From assembly GCA_036679605.1 (NCBI GenBank), contig JAZDCZ010000365.1, positions 52,329 to 116,328 on the forward strand: DNA of 64,000 bases. Reading direction: 5' to 3'. The notes beneath the pieces were generated by a model. That model saw only the letters and a program-made list of their open reading frames with translations. It searched no databases and was not told where the DNA came from. Positions 56,561 through 64,000 of the stretch are shown piece by piece (within the stretch, counting starts at the first letter, position 1; each line of letters starts with the position of its first letter). The DNA is from Gemmatimonadota bacterium. GTDB lineage: Bacteria; Gemmatimonadota; Gemmatimonadetes; Gemmatimonadales; GWC2-71-9. Position numbers and translations under genes: made by a program.

Positions 56561-56726
56561 AGCGTGTGCCCTCGATAGCGTAGTGGGCTCATAGTCGCAT
56601 CGACGCTGGTTGCGAGGATTGGGAATCAGGTGTCTACTGTAGGGTTGCCTGGTCAATAGTTACGAGTAGATCCGAGACCTCATCGGTGCTATCTGGCCCT
56701 GGATCTCAACATCGAGGAGAGGTGAA

Positions 56727-56891
56727 GTGCCATTGTTCACGAAATGCTTGAAGTGTGGCGGGTGGCGACAGATGCCCGATGATCCCTCCGCACAAAGTCA
56801 CTTCCCGACCGGTCTCATGATGAATGTCGACCAACCGCCCGGTAATCTGTGCAGGTGTGATGATGATGCGGCAGGTGACGACGCAGCGTAG
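56727..56891 (+). CDS. Candidate 54-aa Cys4 small protein (not in ORF track)
   Basis: GTG start about 5 nt after GAGGAGAGG. 'CLKCGG...CRCDDD' gives four cysteines, with an acidic tail. Sits in an otherwise empty 640-nt gap. Confidence 0.3.
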   Translation: MPLFTKCLKCGGWRQMPDDPSAQSHFPTGLMMNVDQPPGNLCRCDDDAAGDDAA

Positions 56892-57197
56892 CTTGCGAGT
56901 AGGCTAGAGGCTCTCAGCGGCGAAAACTCTCCTCTGGATTGCTTTCCTCGCCGTCGCTTGACGAGTCGAGACAAGGTCCTGGATCAGGGCTAATTGTACC
57001 TCTTCAAGAACCTCGCAATCTGCTGTGCAACATGTTTAGAAAGGGATTCCTCGTGGATGGCACAGAGACTCAACCGTTCGGGTTTTCGAGCCGAAAATGA
57101 CCACCACGTGAGGCTCCCCTGGACGGTCCACTAACCCCGCTCTACCTTGCGAGGTCCGATTGAAATCCCTGGTGTTGAGTCGAAAAGGAGCTTTTGA

Positions 57198-58715
57198 ATG
57201 AACCGGATCCGTGGGTTGTTGACGGCGTTGACCGTGGGATTGGCGTTGCCGAGTTTTGCTCAAGATCGTGACTCGTCGGATGTGAAAGTCCCCGCTCCAA
57301 AGGTTTTTGTCACGCAACACCGAGGCACTTTCAACGGCGAGTCCCTGGACTACACCGCGCGAGCCGGTGAAACGTACCTCAAGGACGACAAGGGCAAGCC
57401 GAAGGCCAGTGTTTTCTCGTTCGCCTATACCAAGGACGACGTCGACGACCTCACACACCGTCCAGTGACATTCATCTGGAACGGTGGCCCCGGCTCGGCA
57501 TCGCTCTGGTTGCACATGGGTACCTTCGGACCTCGACGCGTGGTGGTGCCCAGCGACGCGCACGATGCCGGAGCGCCGCCCTATCCGTTGGTGGACAACA
57601 CGCAAACGCTGCTTGACGTCACCGACATGGTGTTTGTTGACCCCGTCGGCACAGGCTTCAGTCGGCCGCTCGGTGACCACAAGGGCACCGAGTTCTGGGG
57701 ACTCAATGAGGATGCCAATGCGATGGCCGAGTTCATCCAGCAGTGGATCACAGAGAACGGCCGTTGGAACTCGCCAAAGTTCTTGGCGGGCGAGAGCTTC
57801 GGTACGACGCGCGCCGCGGCGGTGGCCGACATTCTCGAGGGCCGCTCATCGATCAGCCTCAACGGTATCGTGATGATCTCACAGGCCCTCGACTACACGG
57901 GCTCTACTCCGGTTAATGACAACCTCGTTTCTTACATCACATATCTGCCGACCATGGCCGCGACCGCTTATTACCACGGCAAGGTGAGTCCGCGCCCCGA
58001 TGACTTGGAGGGCTTCCTTCAGCAAGCACGGGACTTTGCAATGGATACGCTAGCGCCCGCTCTAATCAGAGGATCTAGGCTCGGCGATGCAGAACGTGCC
58101 CGTATTCGGGATCGGTTGGCGTACTTCACCGGATTGGATCCAGGGTTCATTCAACGCTCAGATCTGCGCGTGACAGGTGTGCGGTTCGTCAAAGAACTAC
58201 TCCGGGCCGAGGGGCTCGCGGTGGGCCGGTTGGATTCGCGCTACACGCGCGACGACATCGACGATACAGCCGACAGTCCAGAGGCAGATGCGGCCAGCGA
58301 GGCCATTGGCGGCGCGTTCGTCGCTGCGATCAACCATTACATGCGTGATCAACTCGACGTGGTCATGGACCGCGCGTACAAACCCTCTGGACGATTTGGC
58401 GGAGAGTGGAAGTGGCGGCCGGTACCACCCGGCCGGTCCTGGGAACCGTCATATGTCAACGTCGCGCGAAGACTGTCCAACGCGCTCCGGCGCAACAGCG
58501 CCCTCAAGGTGTTGGTGGCGTCTGGTTATTACGACATGATCACGCCGTTCTTTGATGCGGAATACACTTTCGGGCGGCATGGCATTCTGAAAGATCGGAT
58601 CGAGTACACGTACTACGAGGCCGGACACATGATGTACGTGCACGGACCGTCGCTCGACCGGTTCATGGCCGATGTGCGCCGTTTTATCATAGAGACATTG
58701 AGTGATATCATTTGA
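57198..58715 (+). CDS. Peptidase S10-family serine carboxypeptidase
   Basis: Signal peptide. 'WNGGPGSASLW', 'FLAGESFGTTR' (GESxG nucleophile elbow), C-terminal 'EAGHMMY'. Confidence 0.85.
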   Translation: MNRIRGLLTALTVGLALPSFAQDRDSSDVKVPAPKVFVTQHRGTFNGESLDYTARAGETYLKDDKGKPKASVFSFAYTKDDVDDLTHRPVTFIWNGGPGSASLWLHMGTFGPRRVVVPSDAHDAGAPPYPLVDNTQTLLDVTDMVFVDPVGTGFSRPLGDHKGTEFWGLNEDANAMAEFIQQWITENGRWNSPKFLAGESFGTTRAAAVADILEGRSSISLNGIVMISQALDYTGSTPVNDNLVSYITYLPTMAATAYYHGKVSPRPDDLEGFLQQARDFAMDTLAPALIRGSRLGDAERARIRDRLAYFTGLDPGFIQRSDLRVTGVRFVKELLRAEGLAVGRLDSRYTRDDIDDTADSPEADAASEAIGGAFVAAINHYMRDQLDVVMDRAYKPSGRFGGEWKWRPVPPGRSWEPSYVNVARRLSNALRRNSALKVLVASGYYDMITPFFDAEYTFGRHGILKDRIEYTYYEAGHMMYVHGPSLDRFMADVRRFIIETLSDII

Positions 58716-58781
58716 TCATGCGAGCGGATGCTCCGCCGGGATGACACGTAGGTCGCTCCTACCATAGCGCCGACTCATGCC

Positions 58782-59198
58782 TCATGGCAGCATCTCAAAC
58801 CCTGCGATCTGAAAGTGGCGATCGAAGGTGAATGCGGCGGTAATCCCACGCCCCCGCATCACCGCAAAACTCACGGCATCGGTTAGGGTAAACGACTGGT
58901 CACCGAACCGGTGAATCCAGTCGTCGAACGCCGCCCCCTGGAGTTCATCATCGCAGAACACCTGCTCGATTGACGGGTCGGCAATGAGGGTCGTGATGTT
59001 TCCGGCGGCACGGTCCGGTCCGAAGCCGTGAACAAGATGGAGATGTAGTTCGGCTAGGATAAGGTCGGTCACCACCAGGTGCGCGCGCTCCGCACGCAGA
59101 CGGCTCACCAGGCGCGACGCCTCAGCATGGTATTGATCGCGCCGGTGAAATGCGGCGAGCCACGCACCCGTGTCTACCAGAACCTGCCTACCCGTCAG
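58782..59198 (-). CDS. vapC: PIN-domain toxin VapC (probable CTG start overlapping the antitoxin stop)
   Basis: Extending the track ORF upstream in frame recovers 'VLVDTGAWLAAFHRRD', which carries the first PIN acidic residue. The only start-like codon after the upstream in-frame TAG is CTG 59196-59198, forming CTGA with the antitoxin stop. Confidence 0.7.
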   Translation of the reverse strand: MTGRQVLVDTGAWLAAFHRRDQYHAEASRLVSRLRAERAHLVVTDLILAELHLHLVHGFGPDRAAGNITTLIADPSIEQVFCDDELQGAAFDDWIHRFGDQSFTLTDAVSFAVMRGRGITAAFTFDRHFQIAGFEMLP

Positions 59199-59482
59199 TC
59201 TCTAGCCCCCGAGTCTGGGTCGGGCTCGGCGACCCGGTGGAGCGGGTATCCCCGTACGGCATACTCGTCGTGACGAGTCGAGAGGTCGCTGGGTACTGCC
59301 GGATCGTCGAGGCTACCGATCAAGCCGAGTAACGGATCGGAGTGCCCCGTCACTTCCACGGCCCAGCGACGGATGGCCTCCCGCACGGCCTGGGCCTTGG
59401 AGAGACCGAGTTGTCGCGCCAGTCGCTCGAGCAATGACCTGTCCCGTGAGTCGAGATAGACCTGAAAGGGAGTCTTATTCAT
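59195..59482 (-). CDS. vapB: Ribbon-helix-helix (CopG-like) antitoxin VapB
   Basis: 'FQVYLDSRDRSLLERLARQLGLSKAQAVREAIRRW' is the RHH pattern. Lies upstream of the PIN gene and overlaps it. Confidence 0.75.
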   Translation of the reverse strand: MNKTPFQVYLDSRDRSLLERLARQLGLSKAQAVREAIRRWAVEVTGHSDPLLGLIGSLDDPAVPSDLSTRHDEYAVRGYPLHRVAEPDPDSGARD

Positions 59483-59582
59483 GAGTAAATAATAATGTAA
59501 TCATTCACCATCAAACACTCAAGACTTGGGCCTCTCTTGCCGGGAGCCAAGGCGCTTGAGCAGCCCGCCTAGTCCGAGGAGA

Positions 59583-60770
59583 CTACGCCGCCGCCAAAAC
59601 CAACGCCGCACACCTCCCCCCAAAACTCTCCGCCAATAGCAGAATAGTGCTCGCGTCCGACTCCGCAGTCTCTTGCTGCACGGTGCAGGGCGGGAGAATC
59701 GAGTCCAATTCCTCTAGACCCAGCGTCGGAGGGATGAAGCCCTCTTTTAGTGCTAGCATAGCTGCAACGCATTCCACCGACCCGCTTGCACCCAAGCAAT
59801 GTCCCAACATGGGCTTTAGGCTGGTAAGCGGGATTTCCGGTAACCGTTCACCGAAGACAGTCGTGAGACCATGACACTCGGCTGCGTCATTCATCTGAGT
59901 TCCGGTTCCGTGGGTTTTGATCCAACCGTCGAACTGTCCGTTGGTGCCGGCAAGCGCCTGGCCGACTGCACTCGTGACCCCGGACCCATCCGGTTGCGGT
60001 GCGACCATTGAATAGGCTTCACTGGCAAAGCCGTAACCATTGAGTTGGCCCAGAGGCGCGGCACCTCGGCGACGCGCGCTGTCAGCGGCTTCGAGAACGA
60101 GAACTCCAGATCCCTCTCCCAGCACCGTACCCGAACGCCGCGTGTCGAAGGGACGACATTCGTCACTATCAGTGATGACACCAGCAGCTCGAAAGTTGTT
60201 GACTACATCCGGTTGGAGGGGACATTCCGCGCCGCCTGCTACCATTATGTCAGCCAACCCGGCAGAAATTTTCTGATATGCTTCTCCGATAGCGCAGGTC
60301 GCGGACACGCTGCCGGCAGACACGTGCAGCACTGGCCCGCGAATGTTCCGCTCTTGAGAGAACGCGGCGGAACCTGCTCCAGTCATGAACCGAATGAGTG
60401 CCGAGGGACGGACTCGCGCGCGCGAGCTTGCGAGCTGTTCCTTGTAGGTATCGAGCAACTCGGCCATCGGCCCTAGTGATGACCCCTCGATTACTCCGCA
60501 ACGCGTCAAGTCGATATCGTCCACGTCGAGACCGGCATTATTCCATGCTTCCGTTGCCGCCGAGAGGAATAACCTCGCGCTCCGGTCGAGGCGTCGCGCG
60601 TTGTGCGGTGTAGCTGGGTTCGGGGCGCGCCCACCAGCGAGTCCTCCCAGCTCGGGCAGTGCCCTCACTCCGCTGGTGCCGGCGGTCAGCATTTTGCGCA
60701 ATGAGTCCAGTCCGGCCCCGGCTGCCGTCACTGCTCCCATCCCCGTAATCCAAATTTCGCGGGTTGTCAT
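59583..60770 (-). CDS. FabF/KAS II-like beta-ketoacyl synthase family protein with Ser at the nucleophile position
   Basis: 'IWITGMGAVTAAG', 'HGTGTQMND' and 'LKPMLGHCLGASG' (both catalytic His and the Lys are present). In a gapless alignment to the FabF 'GPSISIATACTSGVHNIGHA' segment, the sequence reads 'GPVLHVSAGSVSATCAIGEA', so Cys is replaced by Ser. Confidence 0.85.
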   Translation of the reverse strand: MTTREIWITGMGAVTAAGAGLDSLRKMLTAGTSGVRALPELGGLAGGRAPNPATPHNARRLDRSARLFLSAATEAWNNAGLDVDDIDLTRCGVIEGSSLGPMAELLDTYKEQLASSRARVRPSALIRFMTGAGSAAFSQERNIRGPVLHVSAGSVSATCAIGEAYQKISAGLADIMVAGGAECPLQPDVVNNFRAAGVITDSDECRPFDTRRSGTVLGEGSGVLVLEAADSARRRGAAPLGQLNGYGFASEAYSMVAPQPDGSGVTSAVGQALAGTNGQFDGWIKTHGTGTQMNDAAECHGLTTVFGERLPEIPLTSLKPMLGHCLGASGSVECVAAMLALKEGFIPPTLGLEELDSILPPCTVQQETAESDASTILLLAESFGGRCAALVLAAA

Positions 60771-62320
60771 TGTGATTTCACTCCCAAGGCACGCAGTGCC
60801 TCATTCATTCGTGTTACGGCAATGCGCGACGCTGCGTCACGATCATTCACTAGGTCTGCGAGCAGAGTGATCTGTGGCGACGCCGTTTCGTCGGTGTGGA
60901 CGCGGTACCAGCCGGTTGAACTCAGCACGAAACTCCGAGTTTTTCCTGGTGCTGCACGTGGCAGGTCGAATTCTAGTTCCGCGTAATCGCCCGTCGCCAT
61001 GACAAACTCGGCGCCATCGATTTCGGCGAGCAAGTGTCCAACGTCACGTCCGGTATGATCGATCGCACGGGTGATATTGATTTCCTGCGTCGTGAATGGG
61101 CGCGTCCTCGAGAAGTCCGCTGTTACTTGGTCTATGTGCCAGAAAGCTGGGGCGGACTCTAGTCGCACCCGCACTGTGTCCCCGTTCACGCCCGAGAGGT
61201 CCAAAGAGAAGACTTGTCGCTTAATGATTTCCGGACCGGCTTCCCATACGTATCCCTGATGTTCCCAACCGTTGGTAGTCTTCACCGACACACCGAGGAA
61301 CCCAGTGTGGGCTGCCACGGACCCGAATTGCTGCATGAACTGCGGTTGAGTGTCGAGGGAATCGTACCACGCAGCGGTAGCGTTGCCGTGAGCCGCAATG
61401 AGTTCGGTGAGCATATTGGCCGCCCAACTGGTGTTGCGTCCGTCTATGACCAGTTTTCCGGTATCCATGCCGGAGGAGCGTACGAAGGTGAGTTCGAGGC
61501 CGTCGCGCACGTCCGCTGCTACCAGAGGATCGCGACCGAGTGGGTGCGATTCCCAGTTCAGGTCGTCCAGGCGGTCAACCCGGGCAAGCACATCCCGTCC
61601 TCGAAAGTCGTTGGCGTAAAGCGGAGTCTGCAACGGGCCGAGCGTGTGCACGTTACCGGCTCCGTCGGGTGCGACCGTAACATCCGCGTCGTGATCTATC
61701 ACGAGTAGGGACAGGGCGTCGACATGGTCGGTTTCGGCGAGTTCGTTGGCAAGCTTGAGCCGCAGCCGACCGTCGTTCGGCGTGGCATAAACCAAGTTGT
61801 CCAGGTCCGTCCGTGCGGCCCCTCGTGTGATCGCCCCGCCGAAGGTTCCGGAATCCAGTCGCCAGATTTCGCCGTCCCAGCTATAGACGAGCGGGCACGA
61901 TATGTACTCACCGCCACTCGACGTAGTGGTGCGGCGCGGGGGTGGGTCGTCCTGAGCCGCAGCAGCGACCAGCAACCCGGCTATACCGATGCCGGCTGCG
62001 ACAAGGGCGAAGGTCCTGACGGGATCGAAACGCGAAACCTCGACGAGACCGATTTCATCCAATGCCAAGGCCACAAGTCGCCTAGGCGAGTTTTCCTCAG
62101 TCGTGCCGAACAGGCTGTCGCCCACAATCCTTGGGTTATGAACCATGACCCGAAATCCGTTACGAAGGGTCAGCCGGAGCTGCTTCGGGTTCTTCGACTG
62201 AACCGTGGCTTCCGGCGTAAGCCGTTGGATCTCCCATCTTGCGCAAGACGACACGTACGTTGCCATCAGGATCAGGGCGATGCTGCGGGCAAATGGCGAA
62301 TATGTTCGCATGACGGACAT
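60767..62320 (-). CDS. Hypothetical lipoprotein (517 aa) with one additional TM segment
   Basis: Lipobox 'YVSSC'. TM 'FALVAAGIGIAGLLVAAAA'. Large C-terminal domain of unrecognised family. 4-nt overlap with the downstream KS-like gene. Confidence 0.6.
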   Translation of the reverse strand: MSVMRTYSPFARSIALILMATYVSSCARWEIQRLTPEATVQSKNPKQLRLTLRNGFRVMVHNPRIVGDSLFGTTEENSPRRLVALALDEIGLVEVSRFDPVRTFALVAAGIGIAGLLVAAAAQDDPPPRRTTTSSGGEYISCPLVYSWDGEIWRLDSGTFGGAITRGAARTDLDNLVYATPNDGRLRLKLANELAETDHVDALSLLVIDHDADVTVAPDGAGNVHTLGPLQTPLYANDFRGRDVLARVDRLDDLNWESHPLGRDPLVAADVRDGLELTFVRSSGMDTGKLVIDGRNTSWAANMLTELIAAHGNATAAWYDSLDTQPQFMQQFGSVAAHTGFLGVSVKTTNGWEHQGYVWEAGPEIIKRQVFSLDLSGVNGDTVRVRLESAPAFWHIDQVTADFSRTRPFTTQEINITRAIDHTGRDVGHLLAEIDGAEFVMATGDYAELEFDLPRAAPGKTRSFVLSSTGWYRVHTDETASPQITLLADLVNDRDAASRIAVTRMNEALRALGVKSQ

Positions 62321-62469
62321 CAGGAACTCCTTGTGATAGTGCTGGAGCCAAGCTGAATAGGCGCCGTCAAGAAAACGTCAACCGGACTGAACTCGAGCTT
62401 TGCGCGCTGCGCTCCCAGGCCGTACGTTTCCGTATGGCTGTTTACCCACCGTCGAGCCACCGTCGAGCA

Positions 62470-64000
62470 ATGGCGACCCTGAGAATCTCACTGTCCCTGT
62501 CAGTAATGGCCCTCCTGAGCGTAGCGGCGCTGAGGGCGCAGACGGTGGAAGGTGCGTTGATTCAAAGCAGCACCCTGGCGCCGGTACGCGGAGCCTATGT
62601 CGTACTGCTGGACCAGGATTCGGTGGAGGTGACTCGGGCTCTCACGAACCCGCTGGGGCGGTTCACGATCCATGCGCCCCGGGCCGGATCCTATCGGCTT
62701 CGGACAGAGCGAATCGGGTATAGCAGTGTCGTTTCGTCGATTTTCGCGCTGGCCGAGGGACAACTTCTCAATCGTCAGTTTAGGATTAAACCGGTGCTGG
62801 TAAGGTTGGCGCCGGCAACGATCGAGGGGGACGCTCGCGAGTGTCGAGTGATCGGAGAGCAGGCGTTTCAAACGCTTGCCGTTTGGGAGGAGGCTCGCAA
62901 GGCGCTGAAGGCCATAGCATGGGTGAATCTCCAGGAGCATCTCGTCCATGAGCTGGAACGTTTTGAACGGTGGTACACGCCCAACTTCAGGCTGCTGCAC
63001 GACAAACGTACGCCTGTGAAGGCCCTCCATGTCATGCCGTTCCGCAGCCGGTCGGTTGAAGAGATGGATGAACGAGGGTACGTCGTAATCGAGAACGACA
63101 GCGTGGTGTACCAGGCGCCGGATGCAGAGGTGTTTTTCTCGGACCTGTTTCTGCAGCATCACTGCTTCTCCCTGGATGAAAAGCGGCAAGGTGGTCGCCG
63201 CAAGGTGGGTCTCCGATTCGCGCCTCTGGCGAGTAGAACTATTCCCGATGTGAAGGGTGTCTTTTGGCTAGATGGCGAGACGAGTGCGCTCGAACTTCTG
63301 GAACTCTCCTATGTGAATGTGGGTATGTGGCAGCGCGAGCGTGGGGCCGCTGGGGAGTTGCAGTTCGAAAGGCTGCCGGATGGCCGCTGGATTGTGAGTC
63401 GCTGGTGGATCCGTATGCCCATGGTGACCAAAGTGGAGTCATTGAAGGGTCCCGTGTGGAGCCTGAAGGAGGCGATCGTAGGGATCCAAGAAGACGGTGG
63501 CGAAGTGATCAAGGTTTACGCTTCCGACGGCCGGACCATATATGCTCGCGGGCGGGCGACCGTAGCAGGTACTGTCTTCGACAGCACGACCGGCACGGGG
63601 TTAGCGGGTGCCTTCGTCCGGCTCCAGGGTACGGAGTTTGTAACCATAAGCGAGGTCGACGGTAGTTACTGGCTGACGGATCTTCCGGAGGGTGACTTTG
63701 TGGTCACGTTCGAGCACCCGCGCAGCGCACTTTTGGGTTTGGCAGATGAGAAGGAGGTCGATCTCAAGGAGGGTACGCAGCTCAACGCCGATCTAGCTAT
63801 TCCCGCGCCGAAAGTCCTCGTGGAACGTGTGTGTCGTGCTGCGACCGCCGGTGAAAGGGACGGTCTGATCGTGGGACGAATCCGTGATGTGGCACTAGAC
63901 ACGGTCGTAGCCGGGGCGCGGGTCAAAGTCGTGTGGTTAGAAAATGTCGAGGCGGGTCAAGTTGTGAGCTGGGCGGAGGTGATCACAGACTCAGTGGGCG
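62470..64000 (+). CDS. Carboxypeptidase-regulatory-like domain protein (3' end beyond window; absent from supplied ORF track)
   Basis: I translated 62470-63999 by hand and found 510 codons without a stop. Signal peptide 'LSVAALRAQ'. CarboxypepD_reg-like segments 'VEGALIQSSTLAPVRGAYVVLLD...GRFTIHAPRAGSYRLRTERIGY' and 'VAGTVFDSTTGTGLAGAFVRLQG...DGSYWLTDLPEGDFVVTFEHP'. Confidence 0.75.
   Translation, partial: MATLRISLSLSVMALLSVAALRAQTVEGALIQSSTLAPVRGAYVVLLDQDSVEVTRALTNPLGRFTIHAPRAGSYRLRTERIGYSSVVSSIFALAEGQLLNRQFRIKPVLVRLAPATIEGDARECRVIGEQAFQTLAVWEEARKALKAIAWVNLQEHLVHELERFERWYTPNFRLLHDKRTPVKALHVMPFRSRSVEEMDERGYVVIENDSVVYQAPDAEVFFSDLFLQHHCFSLDEKRQGGRRKVGLRFAPLASRTIPDVKGVFWLDGETSALELLELSYVNVGMWQRERGAAGELQFERLPDGRWIVSRWWIRMPMVTKVESLKGPVWSLKEAIVGIQEDGGEVIKVYASDGRTIYARGRATVAGTVFDSTTGTGLAGAFVRLQGTEFVTISEVDGSYWLTDLPEGDFVVTFEHPRSALLGLADEKEVDLKEGTQLNADLAIPAPKVLVERVCRAATAGERDGLIVGRIRDVALDTVVAGARVKVVWLENVEAGQVVSWAEVITDSVG

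Noticed and set aside
62400-63189. ORFs 62400-62723 (+) and 62500-63189 (-) as genes.
   Set aside because: Both are overlapped by the uninterrupted 510-codon frame starting at 62470, which has a signal peptide and recognisable domains.

Overview
High-GC (about 60% or more in hand-counted lines) bacterial chromosomal segment, densely coding and mostly housekeeping or envelope genes. In order: the mfd 3' end, three tandem parvulin/SurA-like PPIases, pdxA, CorC/CNNM, a CDF transporter, typA, tRNA-Ile, an accessory region of about 9 kb, then a long run of metabolic, transport and envelope genes (MATE, ClC, APC permease with DDAH-like enzyme, dinB, molybdopterin oxidoreductase, hemH, gpmA, tRNA-His and tRNA-Trp, S10 peptidase). 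The window ends in a carboxypeptidase-regulatory-domain protein that is missing from the supplied ORF track. The family mix (DUF5916/CBM9, sortilin-like BNR protein, CarboxypepD_reg proteins, many lipoproteins) suggests a Gemmatimonadota/Acidobacteriota-type genome, but that is only inference. The most unusual part is 10.5-19.6 kb. The 3' 44 nt of tRNA-Ile are duplicated 6.1 kb downstream and split by a 42-nt insert. Two att-like repeats of about 160 nt with iterated GGTGTCGATT motifs bracket a DUF433/DUF5615 toxin-antitoxin cassette, which is itself flanked by a perfect 14-nt inverted repeat. A second repeat family of about 150-190 nt occurs three times upstream of unrelated genes. The region also holds three TA pairs, a lower-GC HTH-GIY-YIG nuclease gene and three paralogous beta-propeller lipoproteins, but no recognisable integrase. 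Other leads: a FabF-like ketosynthase whose nucleophilic Cys is replaced by Ser, coupled to an unknown 517-aa lipoprotein; a radical SAM and metallophosphoesterase pair with a 4-nt overlap; an FHA-TM-trypsin-like protease ending 1 nt before dinB and followed by a DUF4384 protein with an extreme Arg/Ser tail; a decayed DUF5916 gene; and a 55-nt tandem repeat after the tRNA pair. I cannot name a defined new system with confidence. All functional calls come from motif recognition by eye, with no database searches.
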